Positions 10,765-20,985 of a stretch of DNA of 64,000 nucleotides are shown in pieces. The first letter of the stretch is position 1, and every line of letters begins with the position of its first letter. The position numbers and the translations under genes are program-made. The notes below the pieces were generated by a model. It searched no databases. It saw nothing but the letters and a program-made list of their open reading frames with translations, and had not been told where the DNA came from. Where the stretch lies: positions 75,563 to 139,562 of the forward strand of contig CACMJG010000004.1 in NCBI GenBank assembly GCA_902613995.1. The letters are read 5' to 3'. This DNA comes from an uncultured Alphaproteobacteria bacterium (GTDB lineage Bacteria > Pseudomonadota > Alphaproteobacteria > Methylaequorales > Methylaequoraceae).

Positions 10765-11706
10765 ATGGAAATTAAAACAGGAAGACAAGTTATAGATATT
10801 GAAATTAAAGCACTTAATTTGCTCAAAAATTATATTTCAAAGGATTTTGTAAAAGTTGTAAATTTACTTTTAAAAAATAAAGGAAAAATAATTGTCTCAG
10901 GTATTGGAAAAAGTGGTCATATTGCTTCAAAAATTGCATCTACACTCTCTTCAATAGGCTCACCATCTTTTTATATACATCCATCAGAAGCAAATCATGG
11001 AGATCTAGGTATGCTAGAGAGGAGGGATGTAGTAATTTTAATTTCAAACTCAGGAGAAACCTCAGAATTAATTAATTTGATTTTATACTGCAAGAAATTA
11101 GGTATTTCGATAATATCAATCACAAGTGAGCCAAACAGCACTCTGTCAAGAAAGTCAGATATCAATCTTTTAATACCAAAAAATATTGAGGCTTGTCCAC
11201 TTGAATTGGCACCAACTAGTTCTACAACATGTACCCTAGCCTTAGGCGATGCCCTTGCTGTAACATTACTAAAAAAAAAGAAATTCACAGAAAGTGATTT
11301 CAGAGAACTCCACCCAGGAGGAAAGTTGGGACAAATGTTATCTGAAGTAAAGGATGTAATGAAAATTAATCTTGATATCCCATTAATAGTTGAATCAAAA
11401 AAAATGAGTTATGCTATCTTAGAAATGACTTCAAAAGGAGAAGGTTGTGTAGGGGTTGTATCAAAAAAAAATGAATTGATCGGAATCATAACTGACGGAG
11501 ATATTAGGAGAAATATGAATCCCAAGTTGCTTGATAAGAATGTTAAAGAAGTAATGACGAGAAAACCTAAGACTTTATCTCCGAATACCCTTGTTTCAAA
11601 GGCATTAAAAATTATGAACGAAGAATCAATTACCAATATTTTTATTACTAAACAAAAAAAACCTATTGGTATTATTCATATGCATGACATATTAAAGAAT
11701 AACTAA
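10765..11706 (+). CDS. kdsD: Arabinose-5-phosphate isomerase (SIS + CBS)
   Basis: GIGKSGHI, HPSEANHGDLG, APTSST, HPGGKLG, CBS pair. Confidence 0.95.
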   Translation: MEIKTGRQVIDIEIKALNLLKNYISKDFVKVVNLLLKNKGKIIVSGIGKSGHIASKIASTLSSIGSPSFYIHPSEANHGDLGMLERRDVVILISNSGETSELINLILYCKKLGISIISITSEPNSTLSRKSDINLLIPKNIEACPLELAPTSSTTCTLALGDALAVTLLKKKKFTESDFRELHPGGKLGQMLSEVKDVMKINLDIPLIVESKKMSYAILEMTSKGEGCVGVVSKKNELIGIITDGDIRRNMNPKLLDKNVKEVMTRKPKTLSPNTLVSKALKIMNEESITNIFITKQKKPIGIIHMHDILKNN

Positions 11707-11710
11707 GTTA

Positions 11711-12292
11711 ATGAATTATTCCGTTTTTATAAAAAGCCTTAAATATGTTCTTCTCTTTTTCTCAATCTCAATTTTAATGCTTGTAGTTTATAACAACAAT
11801 CCTATTGAAAAAGCTAAAATATATAACGATTTTTCATACGATGAAAGTGATTTTAAGTCATTTAAGCAAGTTTTACACAAGCCTATCTTCATGGGGATAG
11901 ATAAAAAAAATCAACCCTTCAAAGTAATGGCTAATAAGGCAATAAGATTAAAGCAGGAGCCAAACATCTTTAATCTTGAAAAACCAACTGGAGAAATTAA
12001 TTCAGGAAAAGAGAAATTCTACTTGAGTGGTGATAAAGGAATATTTTTTAAAAATGTTAATCAACTTAAAGTAAAAGGCAATGTAAAATTTAACGACGGA
12101 GAAAACATGATTTTTACAACGTCTGAAATGTATTTTGATTTTAAAAAAGAAGTTCTCTCAGGTAATAAAAGAGTAAATGGGAAAAAAAATAATTCAGTTA
12201 TTGTTTCTGAGGGATTTAAAATTTTTAATAATGGTGAACAAATATTCTTTACTGGAAAAACAAAGTTAAAATTAATCAATGAAAAAAATTAG
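11711..12292 (+). CDS. lptC: LPS export protein LptC
   Basis: N-terminal TM segment plus beta-rich domain; position between kdsD and lptA. Confidence 0.8.
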   Translation: MNYSVFIKSLKYVLLFFSISILMLVVYNNNPIEKAKIYNDFSYDESDFKSFKQVLHKPIFMGIDKKNQPFKVMANKAIRLKQEPNIFNLEKPTGEINSGKEKFYLSGDKGIFFKNVNQLKVKGNVKFNDGENMIFTTSEMYFDFKKEVLSGNKRVNGKKNNSVIVSEGFKIFNNGEQIFFTGKTKLKLINEKN

Positions 12293-13112
12293 TAAAAGTT
12301 TTTATTTTGCAGCCATTTTAATCTTCTTAATCTTGAAGCATTCTGAATCACAACAGCTCACTAATTTAGATAATAATAATGAACCTATTGAAATTTTCGC
12401 TGACAATGGAATTGAATGGCACAAGAATAAAAATAAATACGTTGCATTAGGAAATGCTAAAGCTTTGAGTGGTACGTTATCTTTAGAATCTGATAGAATA
12501 GAAGCTTATTATAAAGAAAACGACTCATCAAGCATGAATATTACTGAAGTGAGAGCAAAGAAAAATGTTGTTGTCCAAGATAAAAAAATGAAAATTACTG
12601 GCGGAGAGTACGCAGAGTATAAAATTCTAAAAGATTATTTTCTTATTAATGGAAGGAATATAATTCTTACATCAGAAAAAAATATCTTAAAATCAAATAA
12701 AAAGTTAGAATACTGGAGATCTAAAGATATTGCTATTGCAACAGGTAAGGCAGAAGCAAAAAAAGACAATGAATTTGTAGTTTTGGCTGATAAGTTGGTC
12801 TGGTATCTTCAAGAAAAGAATCAAAAAACCACAGTAAAAAAACTTCTAGGATTTAAAAATGTTTCGATTAAAACTAATAATGAAGTAGCATTTAGTGATA
12901 AAGCTATTTATAATAACGAAACTGAGATTTGTAAATTATATGGAAATGTAAAACTTCAAAGAGGAGAAAGTTTCTTGACAGGTGAGTACGCTGAGGTTGA
13001 CCTTAGAAGTGGGATAAGCAAGTTATTACCAGCGCCAGGAAATAAATTAAATGAAAACAAAGTGAGAGCTCTTATTGATAAAGGAGGAATGGATCCAGAT
13101 GAGTCAAATTGA
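12279..13112 (+). CDS. lptA: LPS transport protein LptA/OstA
   Basis: Signal peptide, PIEIFADNGIEW, two OstA-like repeats; precedes lptB. Confidence 0.82.
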   Translation: MKKISKSFYFAAILIFLILKHSESQQLTNLDNNNEPIEIFADNGIEWHKNKNKYVALGNAKALSGTLSLESDRIEAYYKENDSSSMNITEVRAKKNVVVQDKKMKITGGEYAEYKILKDYFLINGRNIILTSEKNILKSNKKLEYWRSKDIAIATGKAEAKKDNEFVVLADKLVWYLQEKNQKTTVKKLLGFKNVSIKTNNEVAFSDKAIYNNETEICKLYGNVKLQRGESFLTGEYAEVDLRSGISKLLPAPGNKLNENKVRALIDKGGMDPDESN

Positions 13113-13851
13113 TATTCCATTTATTGCAGTAAATAATAAAGGGTTAGAAGTTAAAAATGTTACGAAATCATACGATAATAAAAGAATTTTAGATAATGTT
13201 TCACTTGACCTTAATAGGGGAGAGTCTGTAGCTTTACTGGGTCCAAACGGAGCTGGCAAGACATCATTATTCTATATTACTATGGGTCTAATCAAAGCTG
13301 ATAGTGGATCTATAAGGCTTGATAAGAGAGAAATATCAGAACTACCAATGTATAGGCGTTCAAAATTAGGATTAGGTTATCTCCCTCAAGAATCTTCAAT
13401 TTTCAGGGGAATGAATGTAGAAGAAAATATTCTTTCAATATTGGAGAGGACTGAGAGATCAGCTGAAGCTAAACAAAAAAAACTTGAAGACTTGTTAGCA
13501 GAATTTGGAATCGAACATCTCAGATATGCCCCATCTTTATCTTTATCTGGAGGCGAAAGAAGACGACTTGAAATAGCTAGATGTTTAGCGTCTACCCCTA
13601 ACTTTATCCTGCTGGACGAACCATTAGCTGGGATTGATCCAATAGCCATACAAGATGTAAAAAAACTAATTCAAAATCTGAAAAATAGAAACATTGGTGT
13701 TTTGATGACTGACCACAATGTAAAAAGCACCTTAGAAATTGTGGATAGGGCCTACATTATTTTTGAAGGCAAAGTTCTCTTTAAAGGGAGACCTGATGAA
13801 ATAATAAAAAATAAAAACGTAAGAACATTCTATCTGGGTAATGATTTTTGA
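13099..13851 (+). CDS. lptB: LPS export ABC ATPase (start at ATG 13099 after AGGAGG)
   Basis: GPNGAGKT, YLPQESSIFRG, LSGGERRRLEIAR, TDHNV. Confidence 0.96.
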   Translation: MSQIDIPFIAVNNKGLEVKNVTKSYDNKRILDNVSLDLNRGESVALLGPNGAGKTSLFYITMGLIKADSGSIRLDKREISELPMYRRSKLGLGYLPQESSIFRGMNVEENILSILERTERSAEAKQKKLEDLLAEFGIEHLRYAPSLSLSGGERRRLEIARCLASTPNFILLDEPLAGIDPIAIQDVKKLIQNLKNRNIGVLMTDHNVKSTLEIVDRAYIIFEGKVLFKGRPDEIIKNKNVRTFYLGNDF

Positions 13852-14426
13852 TCGATTCAAATAAGATATCTGTTTCAGGAAAACAAACAAAAGTGGGTAA
13901 GTCTCTAACTCACTATGTTAAAGATTCTTTGGTACAAACCCTAAAAAAATATTTTGATAATTTTATAAGTGGAAATATTCTTTTTTCTAAGGACACATTC
14001 AACTTTAGATGTGAAATTAATATTCACATCGATAGTGCTATATTTATTCAAAGTAACGCTGGTAGTAATGACGCATATGGTGCATTCAATGTTGCAAACG
14101 AGAAAATAAAAAAAAGACTTAGAAGATATCATAGAAAACTAACTGATCACAGATTAAAGAATAGAAAACCACTTAAATATCTCCAAGCAAACCAATATAT
14201 TATTGAAAACCCTGAACTAAAAAATATGAAAGAAAATCTCTATGATCCTGTTATAATTGCTGAATCAGACGATGTAATCAAAACAGTCTCTGTAAGTGAG
14301 GCAATAATGCTTATGAATTTAAAAGATCAAAATGCCATTTTCTTTAAAAATGTTCAGTCAAAAAGACTCAATATTCTTTATAGAAGACCTGATGGAAATA
14401 TTGGCTGGGTGGATCCAAAAAAATGA
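13848..14426 (+). CDS. hpf: Ribosome hibernation promoting factor, long form
   Basis: KRLRRYHRKL, C-terminal YRRPDGNIGWVDP. Confidence 0.92.
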   Translation: MIDSNKISVSGKQTKVGKSLTHYVKDSLVQTLKKYFDNFISGNILFSKDTFNFRCEINIHIDSAIFIQSNAGSNDAYGAFNVANEKIKKRLRRYHRKLTDHRLKNRKPLKYLQANQYIIENPELKNMKENLYDPVIIAESDDVIKTVSVSEAIMLMNLKDQNAIFFKNVQSKRLNILYRRPDGNIGWVDPKK

Positions 14427-14869
14427 AATTAGTTGAATTTATTGCTCTTGATTCAATCCTCGTTGATGTTGAAGTAGATAGTAAAAAAAATCTTTTCAAG
14501 TTTGTATCAAATTTCTTCGCCAAAAATGATTTGGAAGAGAGTTCAAAGATTATTGAAAAATTAAATGAAAGAGAGCGATTAGGCTCAACTGGCGTAGGTA
14601 ATGGAATAGCTATTCCTCATTCAAAAATAAGTCTTATAGATAAGACGAAGGTATTATTTCTTAAATTAAAATCTGCTGTTGATTTTTCTGCACCAGACAA
14701 AAAGTATGTAGACTTGGTTTTTGTCATTCTGGCACCAAAAAGTTGTCAATCCGAACATCTACTTGTGTTGTCATCGATATCTAGTTTCATTAGAAACGAG
14801 AACTTTGTTGAAAAATTAAGAAAATTAAAGAATTCAAAAGAAATTTATAACTTTTTTGGACAAGCCTAA
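14423..14869 (+). CDS. ptsN: PTS EIIA-Ntr
   Basis: ERERLGSTGVGNGIAIPH phosphorylation motif. Confidence 0.93.
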   Translation: MKLVEFIALDSILVDVEVDSKKNLFKFVSNFFAKNDLEESSKIIEKLNERERLGSTGVGNGIAIPHSKISLIDKTKVLFLKLKSAVDFSAPDKKYVDLVFVILAPKSCQSEHLLVLSSISSFIRNENFVEKLRKLKNSKEIYNFFGQA

Positions 14870-15102
14870 TGAAGATTAATGTGCTCAAGTCCTGATTGAA
14901 GAATTGCAGCTATTGCAGATTCTTTACTATCGAAGGCTGCGAGAAGGGTACCATCAGCACAGTAAACAGAAAAAACATCGGTAGTAAAACTTTCTTCTTT
15001 ATGAATTTCTTTCTTTACGAAAGCATGGGAAGAGTTTCCGTATTCAAGGAAATCGAAGCTAGTTGCACTGTTGAATTTAACCATTTTTGTTTTCTTTTCC
15101 AA
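14866..15102 (-). CDS. DUF1150-like small protein
   Basis: VYCADGTLLA and C-terminal xLH; follows small heat-shock gene as is usual in Alphaproteobacteria. Confidence 0.7.
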   Translation of the reverse strand: MEKKTKMVKFNSATSFDFLEYGNSSHAFVKKEIHKEESFTTDVFSVYCADGTLLAAFDSKESAIAAILQSGLEHINLH

Positions 15103-15544
15103 AACTAATTAACTTATCATTTATTTTATTCTTTTTATCTTTAATTTCAATCTTTTTTGACTCATCATTACTAATTGGTTGAGACAAATCAATAAATAAC
15201 AACCCATTATCCATGGAAGCCTCTTCAACTTCTATGCCATCAGCTAAAATAAAATTTCTTTGGAACTGTCTAGTTGCAATTCCTCTGTGGATATATATTT
15301 TCTCAGAATCATTATCTTCTCTACTTCCTCTTATTTGAAGTTGATTTCCTTCTAAACTTATGTCTAAGTCTTTTTTGTTGAAGCCAGCAACAGCTATAGT
15401 TATCCTAATACTATTAGGTGATGTTTGTTCAATATTATAGGGTGGGTAGGTGTCGCTTGAAAGTTTTGAAATTCTATCAACAGTTCTTTCAAATTGGTCG
15501 AATCCCAACAAAAAGGGGCTGTTAAACATTGACATTCTATTCAT
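15077..15544 (-). CDS. ibpA: Small heat-shock protein (Hsp20/IbpA family)
   Basis: YPPYNIE, IAVAGF, HRGIATRQF, NGLLFIDL. Confidence 0.92.
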   Translation of the reverse strand: MNRMSMFNSPFLLGFDQFERTVDRISKLSSDTYPPYNIEQTSPNSIRITIAVAGFNKKDLDISLEGNQLQIRGSREDNDSEKIYIHRGIATRQFQRNFILADGIEVEEASMDNGLLFIDLSQPISNDESKKIEIKDKKNKINDKLISFGKENKNG

Positions 15545-15600
15545 AAATCCTCTTCTTGAGCAATTAAAACGAACCTTTAAAAGCGTTCTTTTAATTGTTA
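15545..15600 (-). promoter_or_regulatory. ROSE-like RNA thermometer in the small heat-shock gene 5' UTR
   Basis: mRNA AAUUGCUC-AAGAA-GAGGAUU: UUGCU pairs with the SD leaving a bulged G; a second hairpin spans 15561-15597. Confidence 0.6.
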
Positions 15601-15659
15601 CAATAAATTATCATATAAATCAATTTAATATTCTTAGATATCGAAAATAAACAAAATTT

Positions 15660-15735
15660 TGGTGGAGCTGGACGGGATCGAACCGACGACCTTCTGAATG
15701 CCATCCAGACGCTCTCCCAACTGAGCTACAGCCCC
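15660..15735 (-). tRNA. tRNA-Ala (GGC)
   Basis: GGGGCTG acceptor stem, anticodon loop AT-GGC-AT (A32-U38), GTTCGA T-loop, encoded CCA; 76 nt. Confidence 0.97.
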
Positions 15736-15786
15736 AAAAATATTCCCAATTTCAAACTGATTTAAATGAAAATTAAAACTAAATGA

Positions 15787-16086
15787 CTAGGAATCAGTTT
15801 CTCTCTCAATTTCCACAATGTCATCGACACTGGATTCCTCAGAATCTACTTCTTCGGTGTTTGGAGTATCTTCTGCTTCAATTTCTTGAATTTCCATATC
15901 TTTTGTTTCGTGATTATCTTCAGATTTCAAAATCTTTGGTGGCCTTCCTCGCCTAGAAACATTGGTCAGAAGTGAATTTACATCGGCTCCACAATTTGGA
16001 CAAACTATTGGATACTTTCCAAGATCAAAAAAAAGGGTATTACATTTAGTGCATTTTCTCTTAGCACCTTTGTCAAAATTTTCCAT
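15787..16086 (-). CDS. FYDLN acid domain protein (TIGR02300)
   Basis: GAKRKCTKCNTLFFDL...CPNCG zinc ribbon and acidic tail; lies beside aroA and tRNA-Ala. Confidence 0.85.
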   Translation of the reverse strand: MENFDKGAKRKCTKCNTLFFDLGKYPIVCPNCGADVNSLLTNVSRRGRPPKILKSEDNHETKDMEIQEIEAEDTPNTEEVDSEESSVDDIVEIERETDS

Positions 16087-16134
16087 AATCAACTTTCATT
16101 AATAAAGTAAATAAATTATATATCATAAATAGGG

Positions 16135-17454
16135 ATGAAAAAAACTATTACTCTTAAATCTTCTAAAAGTAAATCATTAAATGGAATAATAACTGTTCCT
16201 TCAGACAAATCTATTTCCATAAGATCACTAATTATATCATCAACCTGCCTTGGTAACACAAAAATTTTCAAGCTTTTAGAGTCCGAAGATGTTTTGAACA
16301 CCTTAAAAGTTCTCAAAAATTTAAAAATTAAAATAATTAAGAATAATGATTACTATGAAATTTTTGGGCAGGGAGGGTTTTTCTCTGATCCTCAACAAAT
16401 TCTTCATTTTGGCAACTCTGGAACAGGAGTAAGATTAATGGCTGGTTTACTTAGCACTAGTGAAATCAATGCAACATTAACAGGTGACAAATCATTGTCA
16501 TCCAGACCAATGAAAAGAATAATTGATCCTCTCGAAGAAATGAATGCATCCATCACACACAATAATGGTTTACTTCCAATTAAAATCTTTAATCGAAACA
16601 ATCAACACATTCCAATCAGCCATACTTTAAATGTTGGTTCTGCCCAAGTAAAAAGTTGCATATTACTTGCAGCTTTGAATATTAAAGGTACAACTAAAAT
16701 TTTTGAAAAGATCCCATCCAGAGATCATACAGAGATAATGCTCAAATTTTTAGGAGCAAACTTAATTAAGGAAAAAAATGTAATTAAGTTGACATCACCA
16801 AACTTTCTTAAACCAAAGGAATTGAAAATTCCTGGAGATTTTAGTTCTGCTGCATTTGTTATTATTGCAGTTCTTCTCTCTAAAAAAAGTAAAGTAACAT
16901 TAAAAGATGTAGGTCTAAATTATTACAGGACTGGTCTTTTAGACGTTTTAAAAAAAATGAATGCTAACATAACCGTTAAAAATAAAAGAAAATTTAATGG
17001 CGAAATTGTTGGTGACATTGAAGTCGAGAGTTCAAATTTAGTAGCGACAGTTGTGAATAAGAGTATAGTTCCAAGACTTATTGATGAGTATCCAATATTA
17101 TTCGTTGCAGCTTCTTTTGCATCAGGAACTTCTGAATTTTATGGTTTAAAAGAATTAAAAGTAAAAGAAAGCAATAGACTAAGTTCTATGTCTAACGCAC
17201 TTTCAAAGAATGGAGTGAAATTAGAGTTAGGTAACGATTCTATCAAAATCATCGGTAAAAAAACTCAAGAAGGAGGAAGTCATGTTGAAACAGAAAATGA
17301 TCATAGAGTAGCAATGTCAATGCTAATTTTTGGTTTTTTTTCAAACAAATCAATAGTCATTGATGAGATGGAAATGATAAAGACATCTTTTCCCAGTTTC
17401 AGAGAACTTTTTCAGAAGTTAGGGGCTAAAATTGAATATTTTCAAAAATTCTAA
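16135..17454 (+). CDS. aroA: EPSP synthase
   Basis: PSDKSISIR, GNSGTGVRL, SAQVKS, SRDHTE, KESNR, DHRVAMS. Confidence 0.97.
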   Translation: MKKTITLKSSKSKSLNGIITVPSDKSISIRSLIISSTCLGNTKIFKLLESEDVLNTLKVLKNLKIKIIKNNDYYEIFGQGGFFSDPQQILHFGNSGTGVRLMAGLLSTSEINATLTGDKSLSSRPMKRIIDPLEEMNASITHNNGLLPIKIFNRNNQHIPISHTLNVGSAQVKSCILLAALNIKGTTKIFEKIPSRDHTEIMLKFLGANLIKEKNVIKLTSPNFLKPKELKIPGDFSSAAFVIIAVLLSKKSKVTLKDVGLNYYRTGLLDVLKKMNANITVKNKRKFNGEIVGDIEVESSNLVATVVNKSIVPRLIDEYPILFVAASFASGTSEFYGLKELKVKESNRLSSMSNALSKNGVKLELGNDSIKIIGKKTQEGGSHVETENDHRVAMSMLIFGFFSNKSIVIDEMEMIKTSFPSFRELFQKLGAKIEYFQKF

Positions 17455-18079
17455 ACCAGTAATTGCAATTGACGGAACAGCAGGATCAGGAAAAGGTACA
17501 CTTGCGAAAAATTTATCAAGAAAACTAAATTTTGATCACTTGGATACTGGACTTCTATATAGAATATATGCGTTTGAAAGTATTAAAAAGAGTGGAAAGC
17601 AACTACCTGCAAAGATCAATTTTAATAAATGGTTTACAAGTACCAGTAAGCTCGATGGTTTAAGGTCAGAGGAAATTTCAAAGCTTGCATCTCAAATTTC
17701 GCAATCAACCGAAGTTAGGAAATCACTTGTTAATTTTCAAAGGAACTTTGCTAACAACCCTCCCAAAGGAAAAGGTTCCATAATTGATGGTAGAGACATT
17801 GGAACAATAATTATTCCTAATGCGGAAGTAAAATTTTTTATAGATGCACATGTTGAAATAAGAGCATCTAGACGAAATAAACAATTAAAACTAAGTTCGT
17901 TGGATCTTTCGAATACTATTGCAAATATGAGAAAAAGAGATATTCAAGACTCTGAAAGGGATGTTTCACCTCTTAAACCAGCTTTTGACAGCTTTAGGAT
18001 TGACACATCAGAAATAAATGAAATACAAGTCCTTGACCTAGCATTAAGATATATAAGAAAAAGAACTGATTTTATTTAA
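17432..18079 (+). CDS. cmk: Cytidylate kinase
   Basis: IAIDGTAGSGKGT, LDTGLLYR, DGRDIGT. Confidence 0.96.
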   Translation: MNIFKNSKPVIAIDGTAGSGKGTLAKNLSRKLNFDHLDTGLLYRIYAFESIKKSGKQLPAKINFNKWFTSTSKLDGLRSEEISKLASQISQSTEVRKSLVNFQRNFANNPPKGKGSIIDGRDIGTIIIPNAEVKFFIDAHVEIRASRRNKQLKLSSLDLSNTIANMRKRDIQDSERDVSPLKPAFDSFRIDTSEINEIQVLDLALRYIRKRTDFI

Positions 18080-18138
18080 CAATTGCATATCACTTGAAAA
18101 TTTTGTAATTGTATTCAATAAATTATAGAGGAAATTAA

Positions 18139-19821
18139 TTGGTAGAAAATTTTAGTGAATTATTAGAAAAAAGCCTATCAGAATTTAAATACAAGGAAGG
18201 TCAAATAATCAAAGGTACAGTTCTTTCAATCGTTAACGATACAGTTGTAGTTGATGTAGGGCTCAAAGCAGAAGGAAGAATCCCCATAAAAGAGTTCCAT
18301 TCACCAGGAGAAGAACACAGCGTTAAGGTAGGAGATAAATACGATGTTTACCTTGAAAAACTTGAAAATAAAGAGGGTGAGGCTCTTTTGAGTCGAGAAA
18401 GAGCTAGAAAAGAAGAATCTTGGTCTAATTTAGAAAAGCAACAAAATCAAAAAGAACAAGTTACGGGGGTGATCACTGGGAGAGTCAAAGGAGGATTTGC
18501 GGTCGATATTAATGGAGCAGTGGCTTTTCTTCCCGGAAGTCAAGTAGACCTAAAACCAATCAAAGATATTTCTCCTCTTCTAAATAAACCTCAGCCAATG
18601 ATAATTCTTAAAATGGATAAATTAAGAGGTAATATTGTTGTATCTAGAAGAGTTCTGTTAGAGGAATCCAGAAAAGCTGACAGAAGTAAACTTTTATCAG
18701 ATATAAATGAAGGAGATAAACTCAAAGGTGTAGTTAAAAATATTACAGATTACGGAGTTTTCGTCGACTTAGGCGGAATGGATGGTCTAATTCACGTCAC
18801 AGACATTTCGTGGGAAAGAGTAAATCACCCATCAGAAATGTTTAAGATTGGCGAAGATATTGAAGTGATTGTGATAAAATATGACAAAGAAAATAATCGC
18901 ATTAGTCTTGGGCTTAAACAATTAACAGACGACCCTTGGAAAAATGTTGAGAACATTTACGCGGTTGGCGCTAAAGTAAAATCACAGATATCAAGTATAG
19001 CAGATTACGGAGCATTTATTGAGTTAGAAAAGGGAGTTGAAGGTCTTATCCACACTTCTGAGATGAGCTGGGTAAACAAAAACATTAACCCAAATTCAAT
19101 CCTCAAGGTTGGCGAAGAAGTGGAAGTAATGATTTTAGAAATTGATAATGCTAAAAGAAGAATAAGTTTGGGACTTAAACAATGCACAGAGAACCCATGG
19201 AAGATCTTTGCTTCAACAAAAAAAGTCGGAGATATTGCTGAAGGTGAAATAAAAAATATCACAGATTTTGGAATATTCGTTGGTTTAACACAAGAACTTG
19301 ACGGATTAATTCATGCTTCAGATGTTTCTTGGGAAGATAGCAGTTCGAAAGCGATTGAAAATTATAAGATCGGTGAAAAAGTTAAATTTAAAATTTTAGA
19401 CATTGATGTTGAAAAAGAAAGAGTGTCTCTGGGTATTAAACAACTTACAAAAAGTTCCATTAAAGAAGATAAATTTGTGAATAAAACAATGACATGCGTT
19501 ATTGAAAAAATTGAAGAAGATAAGGTTTTTGTTAGTTTTGAAAAAGGTTCAAAGGGATTTGTGAAAAAATCTAACCTAGCAAAAGTCAAAACAGAACAAA
19601 ATACATCCAGATTTGCTGTCGGTGAAAAAATTGATGCGAAGGTTTTAAAGAAAATTGCAAAAGATGATAACTATGAGTTGTCAATTAAAGACTTAGAAAT
19701 TCAGGAAGAAAAAGAAGCTCTAAAAGAATATGGTTCATCTTCTTCAGGTGCAAGTATAGGCGATATTATAGGTGCTGCCTTGGAAGAAGACAAAAAGAAG
19801 TCAAAAGATGAAACCAAATGA
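18139..19821 (+). CDS. rpsA: 30S ribosomal protein S1
   Basis: Repeated S1 domains (VKNITDYGVFVDLGG, RISLGLKQ); TTG start with GAGG SD. Confidence 0.98.
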   Translation: MVENFSELLEKSLSEFKYKEGQIIKGTVLSIVNDTVVVDVGLKAEGRIPIKEFHSPGEEHSVKVGDKYDVYLEKLENKEGEALLSRERARKEESWSNLEKQQNQKEQVTGVITGRVKGGFAVDINGAVAFLPGSQVDLKPIKDISPLLNKPQPMIILKMDKLRGNIVVSRRVLLEESRKADRSKLLSDINEGDKLKGVVKNITDYGVFVDLGGMDGLIHVTDISWERVNHPSEMFKIGEDIEVIVIKYDKENNRISLGLKQLTDDPWKNVENIYAVGAKVKSQISSIADYGAFIELEKGVEGLIHTSEMSWVNKNINPNSILKVGEEVEVMILEIDNAKRRISLGLKQCTENPWKIFASTKKVGDIAEGEIKNITDFGIFVGLTQELDGLIHASDVSWEDSSSKAIENYKIGEKVKFKILDIDVEKERVSLGIKQLTKSSIKEDKFVNKTMTCVIEKIEEDKVFVSFEKGSKGFVKKSNLAKVKTEQNTSRFAVGEKIDAKVLKKIAKDDNYELSIKDLEIQEEKEALKEYGSSSSGASIGDIIGAALEEDKKKSKDETK

Positions 19822-20701
19822 CTTTTTAGAACAATTTTATACAAGAAGACAATCAATAATAAAACGTTTATTAATCATAGCAATTGTGATTCTGTTTATA
19901 ATTACTGTTTCACTTCAATTTCAACAAAAAGAAAATTTTATAGCAAAAATAACTGTCGAAGGAATCATAAAAGATAGAAGCGATATACTTAAACAATTGA
20001 AAGAATTAGACAGCGATCAAAACGTGAAAGGGCTTATAACTATTATTAATAGTCCTGGAGGCACATATGTGGGAAGTAAAGAAATTCATGAGTCAATTAA
20101 AAAATTAGGCAAAAAAATACCCACAGTTGCTTATATGAGAGAAATGGCTACATCAGGTGGTTATCTTGTATCTTTAAGTTCTGACAGAATTTTTGGAAAT
20201 GAGGGTACTATTACAGGGTCAATAGGTGTAATACTTCAATCGGCAGATATCAGTCAACTTCTTGGCAAATTAGGTATTAATCCAGTTATCATTAAAAGTG
20301 GAGATTTGAAAGCAGTACCGAATCCTGCTGAAGAAATCGATGAAAACAAATTAAATTACTTAAAAGATATTATAAAAAAAATGCAGACAGAATTTTTGAA
20401 TTTAGTTAAAAAAAATAGAGATATATCAAGTTCCACACTAGATTTGGTTTCAGATGGAAGAATTGTAACAGGAAAACAAGCTAAAGACTTGAAGCTCATA
20501 GATGCTGTTGGAACTGAAAATGACGCATTATCGTGGTTAAAAAAAGAGGCTGGGTTGGATGATGATGTAAGAGTGAAAGATTTGTCAATTCAAAGTGAAA
20601 TTACAGAATTATTGAATTTTAGTTTTTTGAAAAAAAAGATTAATTATTTAAATCAAAACTTTTATAATGGTTTTATTGCTATTTGGACACCTGGAATATG
20701 A
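19808..20701 (+). CDS. sppA: Signal peptide peptidase SppA (S49), start at ATG 19808
   Basis: INSPGG, ATSGGY, TGSIGV, KSGDLK. Confidence 0.93.
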   Translation: MKPNDFLEQFYTRRQSIIKRLLIIAIVILFIITVSLQFQQKENFIAKITVEGIIKDRSDILKQLKELDSDQNVKGLITIINSPGGTYVGSKEIHESIKKLGKKIPTVAYMREMATSGGYLVSLSSDRIFGNEGTITGSIGVILQSADISQLLGKLGINPVIIKSGDLKAVPNPAEEIDENKLNYLKDIIKKMQTEFLNLVKKNRDISSSTLDLVSDGRIVTGKQAKDLKLIDAVGTENDALSWLKKEAGLDDDVRVKDLSIQSEITELLNFSFLKKKINYLNQNFYNGFIAIWTPGI

Positions 20702-20985
20702 AAAAGTCAGATATTTTGAAAGAACTTGAATATAAATTCGATTATTTACCTAGAAGAGAAGTTGAAAGAACACTTGAAAAGATTCTGCAATTTTTTTCTT
20801 CAAATTTAGCCAAGGGTGCTAGAATTGAAATTAGAGATTTTGGTACTTTTTCAACAAAAACTCGAGAAAGCAGAATAGGACGGAACCCTTCATCTGGAGA
20901 AAAGATAGAAATTAAAAAGAAGAATTTCGTCCATTTTATACCTGGAAAGAAATTAAGAAAGGAAATAAATGTCATTAAAGATTAA
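20698..20985 (+). CDS. ihfB: Integration host factor beta (start at ATG 20698)
   Basis: RIEIRDFGTFS, GRNPSSGE, F.PGK.LR; follows rpsA-sppA. Confidence 0.9.
   Translation: MKKSDILKELEYKFDYLPRREVERTLEKILQFFSSNLAKGARIEIRDFGTFSTKTRESRIGRNPSSGEKIEIKKKNFVHFIPGKKLRKEINVIKD

Noticed and set aside
13740-13748. DnaA-box-like TGTGGATAG (and TGTGGATAT near 15286)
   Set aside because: Isolated, inside coding sequence and not clustered; not an origin
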